DNA of 64,000 nucleotides from Spirochaetia bacterium (GTDB taxonomy: Bacteria > Spirochaetota > Spirochaetia > SZUA-6 > Bin103): NCBI GenBank assembly GCA_965208575.1, contig CBDBOV010000005.1:1184001-1248000 (forward strand). Reading direction: 5' to 3'. Position numbers and translations under genes: made by a program. The notes beneath the pieces were generated by a model that ran no database searches, was not told the DNA's origin, and saw nothing but the letters and a program-made list of their open reading frames with translations. Of the stretch, positions 1 through 8,990 are shown one piece after another (positions within the stretch are counted from its first letter, which is position 1; every line of letters begins with the position of its first letter).

Positions 1-1
1 T

Positions 2-3000
2 TACAACGTTGGCTTCGCGCACGGTCCGGACGAAGAGGACGGCTGGGACGGGTTGACGTTCCACATCGGCGGCGTGGCGCTCCCGCTCGCCGATGCGTAC
101 GCGGCCACCCGGCAACAGAGCACTGTCCACAGTCAGTATCGCGCGTACGCATGGAAGGGCAGTCAATACTCCGGCACGTTCGATTACGAACTCGATGACT
201 GGGTCAAGGTGTGCCTGGTCGATGATCGCCCCCAAGTGACGCTGACTCTGACGCCGGACTCGATTTCCGAGGACGGCGCGAGCAGCACCGTCACCGCAAC
301 CGTGCCAACTGCTTCGGATACGCCGTTCACGGTCACCGTATCGGCGGCGCCCGATTCGCCGGCCGTCGATGCCGACTTCTCCCTGAGCACCAACAGGATC
401 CTGAGTTTCGCCGCCAACGCCACCGAGAGCACCGGCACCGTGACCATCACCGCCGTGAACAACAGCGTCGATACGCCCGACAAGACCCTCCAGGTCAAGG
501 GCGAGCTGTCGAGCGGAACGGACCTGCGCGCCCCCGGCGATGTCGCCCTCACGATCACCGACGACGATGCTGCCCCGGAACTCACCCTGTCGGTGAGTCC
601 GGCGACGATCGCCGAAGACGGCGGCGAGGCCACCGTCACGGTCAGCACCGCCGGCTCCACCTTTGCCGCGCAACAGGTCATCACGCTCACTCTCGCGGGG
701 ACCGCGACGAAGGGAACTGACTACAGCGTAGCGGCGGAGACGCTGACACTGGCCATGGGTGAGCGCTCGGTTTCGACGACGATCACCGCCATCGATGACG
801 CCGCCGACGAGAGCGACGAGGCGATCCTGGTCACGGCGGCCCATGACGGCGGCACGGTCGGCAGCGAGCAGCGGATCACCATCGCCGACACGTTGAGCGC
901 TACCGTGAGCGGGCCCTCGGACGGTGTGAACGAAGGCGACGACGCGGAGTTCACGGTCACCCTCGCCGGCGGCACGAGCACCGCGGACGTGGAGGTGAAC
1001 TACTCGGTGGACGGGGACTCGACGGCGACGTCGGGCGCGGACTACACGGCGCCGAGCGGTAAGCTGACGATCACGGCGGGAGCGAGCAGCGGAACAATCA
1101 CGATCGAGACCAGGACGGACCAGGTGCTCGATCCGGGCGAGACGGTGGTGGTGGTGCTGAGTTCCGCTACGACAACCACGCGCACGGTGAACGTGGACGG
1201 CACGGCCAAGGTGTCGGCCACGATCGTGGAACAGGGCATGGAGACGGTGTCGGTGGGTCCGGTGCTGGTGGCGGACGACGACCAGACGCCGGAGGATGAG
1301 ACCGACGACAAGTCGAGCGTGGCGGAGGGCGAGACGGCGAGCTTCGTGGTGACGCTGAGCGGCGAGGTGTCGGGCACGGTGAACGTGACCTACACGACGG
1401 CGAACGGGACGGCGGAGGCCGGCGCCGGCAAGGACTACACGACGGCGAGCGGGACGCTGCAGTTCACGACGGGACAGACCGGCAAGACGGTCGAGGTGAC
1501 GACGCTGGAGGACACGCGCAACGAGGCGGACGAGACCTACACGTTGACGCTGACCGGCGTGACCGGGGTGAGCGGAGTGAGCCTGGGCACGGCGAGCGCC
1601 ACGGGAACGATCGAGGACGACGACCCACTGACGGCGGCGCTGGGCACGCACACGGCGAACGTGGCGGAAGGGTCCGATGCGACGTTCGAGGTGGACCTGA
1701 GCGGCGGCACGAGCACCGCAGCGGTGGAAGTGAGCTACGCGGTGGACGCGAGCTCGACGGCGGCGTCCGGCGCGGACTACACGGCACCGAGCGGCACGCT
1801 GACGATCGCGGCGGGAGACAGCAGCGGGACGATCACGATCGAGACGCTGACCGACCAGGTGCTCGATCCGGGCGAGACGCTGGTGGTGAAGCTGACCTCG
1901 GCGACGACCGGCACGCGCACGGTGACGGTGGACGCCACCGCGACGAAGACGACCACGATCGGCGACTCGGGCATGGAAACGGTGTCGGTGGGTCCGGTGC
2001 TGGTGGCGGACAACGACCAGACGCCGGAGGACGAGACCGACGACAGGTCGAGCGTGGAGGAGGGCGAGACGGCGAGCTTCGTGGTGACGTTGAGCGGCGC
2101 GGTGTCGGGCACGGTGAACGTGACCTACACGACGGCGAACGGGACGGCGGAGGCCGGGGCCGGCAAGGACTACACGACGGCGAGCGGGACGCTGCAGTTC
2201 ACGACGGGACAGACCGGCAAGACGGTCGAGGTGACGACGCTGGAGGACACGCGCAACGAGGCGGACGAGACCTACACGTTGACGCTGACGAACGTGACCG
2301 GGGTGAGCGGAGTGAGCCTGGGCACGGCGAGCGCCACGGGAACGATCGAGGACGACGACCCACTGACGGCGGCGCTGGGCACGCACACGGCGAACGTGGC
2401 GGAAGGGTCCGATGCGACGTTCGAGGTGGACCTGAGCGGCGGCACGAGCACCGCAGCGGTGGAAGTGAGCTACGCGGTGGACGCGAGCTCGACCGCGACG
2501 CCGGAGGACGACTACACGGCGCCAAGCGGCACGCTGACGATCGCGGCGGGAGACAGCAGCGGGACGATCACGATCGAGACGCTGACCGACCAGGTGCTCG
2601 ATCCCGGCGAGACGCTGGTGGTGAAGCTGACCTCGGCGACGACCGACACGCGCACGGTGACGGTGGACCAAACGGCGACGAAGACGACCACGATCGGCGA
2701 CTCGGGCATGGAAACGGTGTCGGTGGGGCCGGTGCTGGTGGAGGACAACGACCAGACGCCGGAGGACGAGACCGACGACCGGTCGAGCGTGGAGGAGGGC
2801 GAGACGGCGAGCTTCGTGGTGACGCTGAGCGGCGAAGTATCGGGCACGGTGATCGTGACCTACACGACGGCGGACGGCACGGCGGAGGCCGGCGCCGGCA
2901 AGGACTATACGACGGCAAGCGGGACGCTGCAGTTCACGACGGGACAGACCAGCAAGACGGTCGAGGTGACGACGCTGGAGGACACGCGCAACGAGGCGGA

Positions 3001-6000
3001 CGAGACCTACACGTTGACGCTGACGAACGTGACCGGGGTGAGCGGAGTGAGCCTGGGCACGGCGAGCGCCACGGGAACGATCGAGGATGACGACCCACTG
3101 ACGGCGGCGCTGGGCACGCACACGGCGAACGTGGCGGAAGGGTCCGATGCGACGTTCGAGGTGGACCTGAGCGGCGGCACGAGCACCGCAGCGGTGGAAG
3201 TGAGCTACGCGGTGGACGCGAGCTCGACCGCGACGCCGGAGGACGACTACACGGCGCCGAGCGGCACGCTGACGATCGCGGCGGGAGACAGCAGCGGGAC
3301 GATCACAATCGAGACGCTGACCGACCAGGTGCTCGATCCAGGCGAGACGCTGGTGCTGAAGCTGACCTCGGCGACGACCGACGCGCGCACGGTGACGGTG
3401 GACGCCACCGCGACGAAGACCACCACGATCGGCGACTCGGGCATGGAAACGGTGTCGGTGGGGCCGGTGCTGGTGGAGGACAACGACCAGACGCCGGAGG
3501 ACGAGACCGACGACCGGTCGAGCGTGGAGGAGGGCGAGACGGCGAGCTTCGTGGTGACGCTGAGCGGCGAGGTGTCGGGCACGGTGAACGTGACCTACAC
3601 GACGGCGGACGGGACGGCGGAGGCCGGGGCCGGCAAGGACTACACGACGGCGAGCGGGACGCTGCAGTTCACGACGGGCGAGACCGGCAAGACGGTAGAG
3701 GTGACGACGCTGGAGGACACGCTGAACGAGGCGGACGAGACCTACACGTTGACGCTGACGAACGTGACCGGGGTGAGCGGAGTGAGCCTGGGCACGGCGA
3801 GCGCCACGGGAACGATCGAGGATGACGACGCGTTGACGGCGGCACTGGGCACGCACACGGAGGAGCCCACCGAAGGCGCTGCCGCGACTTTCGCGGTCGA
3901 TCTGAGCGGCGGCACAAGCACGGCGGAGGTGGAGGTGAACTACGCGGTGGACGAGGACTCGACGGCCACCTCCGGGACCGACTACACGGCGCCGAGCGGG
4001 ATACTGACGATCACGGCCGGAGCGAGCAGCGGCACGATCACCATCGAGACCAGGACGGACGCGGTGGTGGATCCCGGCGAGACGGTGGTGCTGAAGCTGA
4101 CCTCGGCGACGACGGCGGCGCGCCCGGTGACGGTGGACGACTCGGTCGAGAAGACGGCCACGATCAAGGACTCCAATTCGGTGACCGTGTCACTGAAGGG
4201 ATTCACGCCCCCAAAGCAGAACTCCCTGACGCCGAATTTGGACGGGGTGGAGAACGCGCAGGGCCGCGCTCTGGTGCGATCGGGTGGACTGCGCAAGTCG
4301 TCGGAGTCGGAGCAAGAACAGTCCACGACCTCGGTCGAGGAAGGCGAGACGGCGCGGTTCATCGTCGAGCTGTCCGGCCTGGTGGCAAGCATGGTGACCG
4401 TCACCTATGGGACGACCGACGGGACCGCGGATTCCACCGGATCCGACCCGGACTACACGGCGGCGAACGGAACGCTGAAATTCGGCGCGGGCGATACCAT
4501 CAAGACGATCGAGGTCGCGACCCTGGAGGACCTCCTGAACGAGCCGGACGAGACGTTCACGGTGACGCTGACCGGATTGACCGGGCCCGACGGAGTGAAC
4601 ATGGGAACGGCCACCGGCACGGGAACGATCGAGGACGATGACCCGCTGACGGCGGCGCTGGGAACGCACACCGAGAACGTGGCGGAGGGCAGTGCCGCGA
4701 CCTTCGAGGTGGATCTGAGCGGAGGCACGAGCACCGCGGACGTGGAGGTGCGCTACGCGGTGCACGGCGACTCGACGGCGACCTCCGGGACCGACTACAC
4801 GGCGCCAAGCGGAACGCTGACGATCGCGGCGGGAGAGAGCAGCGGAGCGATCACCATCGAGACCAAGCCGGACGAGGTGCTCGACCCAGGCGAGACGGTA
4901 GTGGTGGTGCTGAGTTCCGCGACCACGGCGGCGCGCACGGTAACGGTGGATGGCACGGTCAAGAAGACGGCCACGATCGCGGAGCAGGGCACGGCGACGG
5001 TGTCGGTGGACGCCGTGCTGGTGGAAGACGACGACCAGACGCCGCACGTGGACGAGTCGGACGACAAGTCACGGGTGGCAGAGAGCGAGACGGCGAGCTT
5101 CGTGGTGACGTTGAGCCGCACGGTGTCGGGCACCGTGAGCGTGGACTACACGACGGCGGACGGAACGGCGGAATCCGGGACCGGCAAGGACTACACCACC
5201 GCGAGTGCAACGCTGCAGTTCTCTACCGGTGACCTCAGCAAGACGATCGAGGTGACGACCCTCGATGACAGTCTGAACGAGCCGGACGAGACGTTCACGG
5301 TGACGCTGTCGGGGTTGAGCGCACCGACCGGAGTGAGCCTGGGAAAGACGACCGCGACCGGAACGATCGAGGATGACGACCAGTTGACGGCGGCGCTCGG
5401 AACGCACACCGAGCACGTCGCGGAGGGCGATGCCGCGACCTTCGAGGTGGACCTGACCGGAGGTACGAGCACCGCGGACGTGGAGGTGAACTACGCGGTG
5501 GACACGAGCTCGACGGCGATCCTCGGGACCGACTACACGGCGCCGAGCTGGAAGCTGACGATCGCGGCGGGAGAGAGCAGCGGAACGATCACCATCACTA
5601 CCAGGCGGGACCATGTGGTGGAGCCCGACGAGACGGTGGTGCTCAAGCTGACCTCCGCGACGACGGCGGCGCGCCCGGTGACGGTGGACGACACGGCCAA
5701 GAAGACGGCCACGGTTACCGACGCGACAGCCAACGTGCGCCCGGGTTCCGGGACCACCGCCGCCGCCCCGCCGGCCGCCGCGCCGGACGCGCCGCCCGGC
5801 GTGACGGTGTCCCCGGTCGCGCTCGAGCTCAGGAAGGGCGGCAGCAGCAAGTCCTACACCCTGAGCCTGCAGAGCGAGCCGGAAGGTGAGGTGACCATCG
5901 ACATCGACGGTCCGGGCGCCGGCGTTCAGGTGTCGCGCACCCGGGTGATCTTCACGCCGCAGACCTGGAGCTCGCCACAGACGGTGGCGGTCAGTGCGAC

Positions 6001-8170
6001 GGAAAATGCCCGCGAGGGTACGACGGTCAGTATCACCCACACGGTGAGCGGCGCCAACTACGATGGCTTGCCGGCAAGCCCGGTGACGGTCACCATCCAG
6101 GAGGAGGCGGGCGTGACCCTCGGCCTGGAGCCCCGGAGCAACACCGGTACCCAGGGCGGCGGCGCGACGGCGGCCGACAAGACGCGCATCGAGGGCGAGA
6201 CTGCGAGATTCTTCGTGCAGCGCACCACCACCTCGGCCCCGGAGCTGGCCATCGGCGTCACGGTGACTCAGGAGGGCGACTACCTCGCGGGCCCCGTGCC
6301 GGCCATGGTCAGGTTGATGCCCGGGGAGAACAGGAAGTACATCGACATCCACCTGGAAGACGACGCAATCCCCGAGCCTGACGGCTCGATCAGCGTGACG
6401 ATCGCCTGCGACTGCACCGTGGTTGACGGCACCATGAAGGTGAATGTATTGAACAACGACGCGGAGTTCGCCGTCGCCGACGCCGAGGCCGTGGAGAGCG
6501 CGGGCCAGATCTCGTTCACGGTGCGCAAGGCAAGCGCGCTCGGCGTGGCGATGGAGCTGCTGTACGAGACCGTTGACGGCACCGCCGCGGCCGGCAAGGA
6601 CTATGAACAGCCGGCCGAGGGTGCCAGGGTGACGATCCTGCCGCACCAGGAGCGGGTTACCCTGACCATTCCGGTCACCGACGACGCCCTGGTGGAGGAC
6701 GACGAGTCGTTCCGGCTGCGGGTGTATCACCCGCGCGATGCAGATGTCGACGACACCGCTACCGGTACCATCGTGGATGACGACTCGGCGGTGGCGAAGG
6801 CGTGGCTGTCGCGCTTCGGACGCACCGTGGCAAGCCACGTGGTGGAGGCGGTGGACGCCCGGCTCACCGGCGAGCTGGGGCCGGTGACGCAGGTAACGCT
6901 CGGCGGCACGATGCTGCCTTCCGACCCGCCGCCGGTGCAGCCTGTGCAGCCTCTGCAACCGGATGCGGTGGCGGCGATGCCGCACACCAGCATGGACGCC
7001 GGGGCATTTCTGGCCGGCAGCTCGTTCCAGGTGCTGGCTGCCGGCGCCGGCCTCGACGGGGCAGTGGGAACCGGGCTGACCATGTGGGGTCGCGGCGCGG
7101 CCACCGGCCTGCAGGGCGAGGACGAGACGGTCTCCCTGACGGACGGCCAGGTCGGCACCGGCACCGTCGGCGTGGACTACGACTGGGGCGGCATCCTGGC
7201 CGGCCTGGCGGTAGCCTACAGCGGCGGTGGCGCGGACTATCGACTCACCGGCGGCGCTGCCCGGTCCGACCGCGCGGCGAGCTGGCTGATCAGCGCGCAC
7301 CCGTACGCCCGCGCGCAGATTGTTGGCGACCGGCTGACCGCGTGGGGCCTGCTCGGCTACGGACTCGGCCGGATGACCCTGGCCGAGGACGCGCAGGACG
7401 AGGACAGCGGCATCTCGTTGATCATGGGCGCCATGGGGCTGCGCGGCGTGCTGTCGCCGGAGACCAACCGGCTCGGCCTGTCGGTGAAGTCGGATGCGTT
7501 CATGACCAGCCTGACGGCAGGCGAAGACGCGGCGGTACAGACCGGCGCGCATCGCGCCCGGCTGTTGGCGGAAGGCACCTACCGGATCGACGTCGGCGCG
7601 GGCGGCTTGCTGGTGCCCAGGCTGGTGACCGGCGTGCGCTACGACTTCGGCGACGTGGAGACCGGCTTCGGCGCCGAGATGGGCGGCGGCGTGACCTACA
7701 CCTATCCGGACTGGGGGCTGACCGCGGCGGCCAATGTGCGCGTGCTGCTGACCCACGAGGACAGCGGCTTCGAGGAGTGGGGCGGCGGCGGGTCGCTGCG
7801 CGTTACGCCGGGAGCAGCCGGACGCGGCCCGACGGTGGCGGTCAACACTTCGCTGGGCGTGCCCGCGAGCGGAGCGCAGCGCCTGTGGACGAGCGGGGTG
7901 GTGTTGCGCCCGGCGCCGTCGGCGGCAACCGCGCCGGGAGCGAACATCGACGCCGAGATGGGCTACGGGCTGGCCGTGGCCGACGGCGGCGGGATGCTTA
8001 CCCCCTACGTCGGCATGGCGGTGTCGGAGAAGGGAGCCCGCGCGTTCCGTCTCGGCAGCCGCCTCAGCATCGGCCCCTCATTCAGCCTGAGCGTGCAGGG
8101 CGAACGGCGCGAGGCGACTGCCGGCGACGCAACGCACGGCGTGTCGGTGAGCGGCGCCCTGGGCTGGTAG
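2..8170 (+). CDS. Giant Calx-beta repeat adhesin with C-terminal autotransporter-like outer-membrane beta-barrel (5'-partial)
   Basis: Frame is open from nt 2, so the true start lies upstream of the window. About 17 Calx-beta/Ig-like modules (V.EG..A.F.V.LS, DYT..SGTL.F..G, D...E.DETF.VTL). C-terminal region AWLSRFGRTVA...GVDYDW...GVRYDFGDVETGFG ends in W. Confidence 0.9.
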   Translation, partial: YNVGFAHGPDEEDGWDGLTFHIGGVALPLADAYAATRQQSTVHSQYRAYAWKGSQYSGTFDYELDDWVKVCLVDDRPQVTLTLTPDSISEDGASSTVTATVPTASDTPFTVTVSAAPDSPAVDADFSLSTNRILSFAANATESTGTVTITAVNNSVDTPDKTLQVKGELSSGTDLRAPGDVALTITDDDAAPELTLSVSPATIAEDGGEATVTVSTAGSTFAAQQVITLTLAGTATKGTDYSVAAETLTLAMGERSVSTTITAIDDAADESDEAILVTAAHDGGTVGSEQRITIADTLSATVSGPSDGVNEGDDAEFTVTLAGGTSTADVEVNYSVDGDSTATSGADYTAPSGKLTITAGASSGTITIETRTDQVLDPGETVVVVLSSATTTTRTVNVDGTAKVSATIVEQGMETVSVGPVLVADDDQTPEDETDDKSSVAEGETASFVVTLSGEVSGTVNVTYTTANGTAEAGAGKDYTTASGTLQFTTGQTGKTVEVTTLEDTRNEADETYTLTLTGVTGVSGVSLGTASATGTIEDDDPLTAALGTHTANVAEGSDATFEVDLSGGTSTAAVEVSYAVDASSTAASGADYTAPSGTLTIAAGDSSGTITIETLTDQVLDPGETLVVKLTSATTGTRTVTVDATATKTTTIGDSGMETVSVGPVLVADNDQTPEDETDDRSSVEEGETASFVVTLSGAVSGTVNVTYTTANGTAEAGAGKDYTTASGTLQFTTGQTGKTVEVTTLEDTRNEADETYTLTLTNVTGVSGVSLGTASATGTIEDDDPLTAALGTHTANVAEGSDATFEVDLSGGTSTAAVEVSYAVDASSTATPEDDYTAPSGTLTIAAGDSSGTITIETLTDQVLDPGETLVVKLTSATTDTRTVTVDQTATKTTTIGDSGMETVSVGPVLVEDNDQTPEDETDDRSSVEEGETASFVVTLSGEVSGTVIVTYTTADGTAEAGAGKDYTTASGTLQFTTGQTSKTVEVTTLEDTRNEADETYTLTLTNVTGVSGVSLGTASATGTIEDDDPLTAALGTHTANVAEGSDATFEVDLSGGTSTAAVEVSYAVDASSTATPEDDYTAPSGTLTIAAGDSSGTITIETLTDQVLDPGETLVLKLTSATTDARTVTVDATATKTTTIGDSGMETVSVGPVLVEDNDQTPEDETDDRSSVEEGETASFVVTLSGEVSGTVNVTYTTADGTAEAGAGKDYTTASGTLQFTTGETGKTVEVTTLEDTLNEADETYTLTLTNVTGVSGVSLGTASATGTIEDDDALTAALGTHTEEPTEGAAATFAVDLSGGTSTAEVEVNYAVDEDSTATSGTDYTAPSGILTITAGASSGTITIETRTDAVVDPGETVVLKLTSATTAARPVTVDDSVEKTATIKDSNSVTVSLKGFTPPKQNSLTPNLDGVENAQGRALVRSGGLRKSSESEQEQSTTSVEEGETARFIVELSGLVASMVTVTYGTTDGTADSTGSDPDYTAANGTLKFGAGDTIKTIEVATLEDLLNEPDETFTVTLTGLTGPDGVNMGTATGTGTIEDDDPLTAALGTHTENVAEGSAATFEVDLSGGTSTADVEVRYAVHGDSTATSGTDYTAPSGTLTIAAGESSGAITIETKPDEVLDPGETVVVVLSSATTAARTVTVDGTVKKTATIAEQGTATVSVDAVLVEDDDQTPHVDESDDKSRVAESETASFVVTLSRTVSGTVSVDYTTADGTAESGTGKDYTTASATLQFSTGDLSKTIEVTTLDDSLNEPDETFTVTLSGLSAPTGVSLGKTTATGTIEDDDQLTAALGTHTEHVAEGDAATFEVDLTGGTSTADVEVNYAVDTSSTAILGTDYTAPSWKLTIAAGESSGTITITTRRDHVVEPDETVVLKLTSATTAARPVTVDDTAKKTATVTDATANVRPGSGTTAAAPPAAAPDAPPGVTVSPVALELRKGGSSKSYTLSLQSEPEGEVTIDIDGPGAGVQVSRTRVIFTPQTWSSPQTVAVSATENAREGTTVSITHTVSGANYDGLPASPVTVTIQEEAGVTLGLEPRSNTGTQGGGATAADKTRIEGETARFFVQRTTTSAPELAIGVTVTQEGDYLAGPVPAMVRLMPGENRKYIDIHLEDDAIPEPDGSISVTIACDCTVVDGTMKVNVLNNDAEFAVADAEAVESAGQISFTVRKASALGVAMELLYETVDGTAAAGKDYEQPAEGARVTILPHQERVTLTIPVTDDALVEDDESFRLRVYHPRDADVDDTATGTIVDDDSAVAKAWLSRFGRTVASHVVEAVDARLTGELGPVTQVTLGGTMLPSDPPPVQPVQPLQPDAVAAMPHTSMDAGAFLAGSSFQVLAAGAGLDGAVGTGLTMWGRGAATGLQGEDETVSLTDGQVGTGTVGVDYDWGGILAGLAVAYSGGGADYRLTGGAARSDRAASWLISAHPYARAQIVGDRLTAWGLLGYGLGRMTLAEDAQDEDSGISLIMGAMGLRGVLSPETNRLGLSVKSDAFMTSLTAGEDAAVQTGAHRARLLAEGTYRIDVGAGGLLVPRLVTGVRYDFGDVETGFGAEMGGGVTYTYPDWGLTAAANVRVLLTHEDSGFEEWGGGGSLRVTPGAAGRGPTVAVNTSLGVPASGAQRLWTSGVVLRPAPSAATAPGANIDAEMGYGLAVADGGGMLTPYVGMAVSEKGARAFRLGSRLSIGPSFSLSVQGERREATAGDATHGVSVSGALGW
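900..5720 (+). repeat. Intragenic tandem repeat with 735-bp (245-aa) period, two Calx-beta domains per unit; about 4 near-identical units plus 2 diverged
   Basis: Equivalent positions recur at 1042/1777/2512/3247/3982 (spacing exactly 735), with long identical DNA stretches between units. Confidence 0.95.
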
Positions 8171-8188
8171 GGCGCCGCTGCCGGCGAC

Positions 8189-8806
8189 TCAGTCGCCGTA
8201 GCGGGCGCGCAGCGGCGGCGACAGCCGCAGCATCCACTGCATGCGTTCCAGGTGGTCGAGCCACTGCTCCACCTCGGCGCCGACTTCCGCCTCCGGCGGC
8301 GGCACCAGGCCGACATCGCAGGCCGCGCCGAGTTCGCGCTGCGCCTTGCGGCGGTAGGTCACCAGCATGCGGTCGCCGGTGCGGCCTACCTCGAAGAAGT
8401 CCTCCGACAGGCACACCGTCACCGGCACCCGCAGCGCTCCCAGGATGCGCAGTTCGTCGGCCAGCTCGCTGTCGTCGACCCGCTCCGCGAACCGGAGGTC
8501 GACCACCCGTGCGCCGGCAGCCTCGTTCGCGGCGTCGGCCAGGTGGCGCAGAATCGGGCCCTGGCGCACGCAGTCGCCGCACCAGATGCCGCTGTAGCAC
8601 AACAGGTTGGTGCGCCGAGTGAACTGGCCGAGGCGCTGCCGCTGCGCACCGTCCACCTGCACGCGAGCGTCCATGGTCCGCCACCGCTTGCGATGGTTGT
8701 CCGGGCCGGAAGCGAGATACTCGTCGTAGGGCAGCGCGCTCTCGAAGCTGGTGCGCCAGAACGCCTGGCGTATGTCGCGGTACTTGCCGTCGTTGGAATC
8801 TGCCAT
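8189..8806 (-). CDS. Thioredoxin-family protein (Thioredoxin_9-like)
   Basis: WCGDC motif; RVPV..LSEDF.E pattern. Start could be 8806-8818. Confidence 0.8.
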   Translation of the reverse strand: MADSNDGKYRDIRQAFWRTSFESALPYDEYLASGPDNHRKRWRTMDARVQVDGAQRQRLGQFTRRTNLLCYSGIWCGDCVRQGPILRHLADAANEAAGARVVDLRFAERVDDSELADELRILGALRVPVTVCLSEDFFEVGRTGDRMLVTYRRKAQRELGAACDVGLVPPPEAEVGAEVEQWLDHLERMQWMLRLSPPLRARYGD

Positions 8807-8878
8807 GCCCGCCATCATAGCGCACAACGCTCCGCGCTTGGGACGAGCCGCGCGGCGTCCCGCGGGCCGCGCGTCCGC

Positions 8879-8990
8879 CTATGCGTGCGGCTGTCGCGCA
8901 GCGCCGTGCGTCGCCCATCGCGCGCCGTCCCGGTGTGGTTTCGTTGGCGGGTCGGCTATGCGTGCGGCGGTTGCGCGGCGCCGTGCGACG
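8879..8990. repeat. Degenerate direct repeat (77-bp offset) duplicating the 3' end and stop of the cobW-like gene
   Basis: ctatgcgtgcggctgtcgcgcagcgccgtgcgtcg (8879) vs ctatgcgtgcggcggttgcgcggcgccgtgcgacg (8956): 31/35 identical. Confidence 0.8.

Noticed and set aside
8182-8198. Intrinsic terminator between the adhesin and thioredoxin genes
   Set aside because: 7-bp stem with a 3-nt loop overlapping a stop codon and no U-tract; too weak to call.
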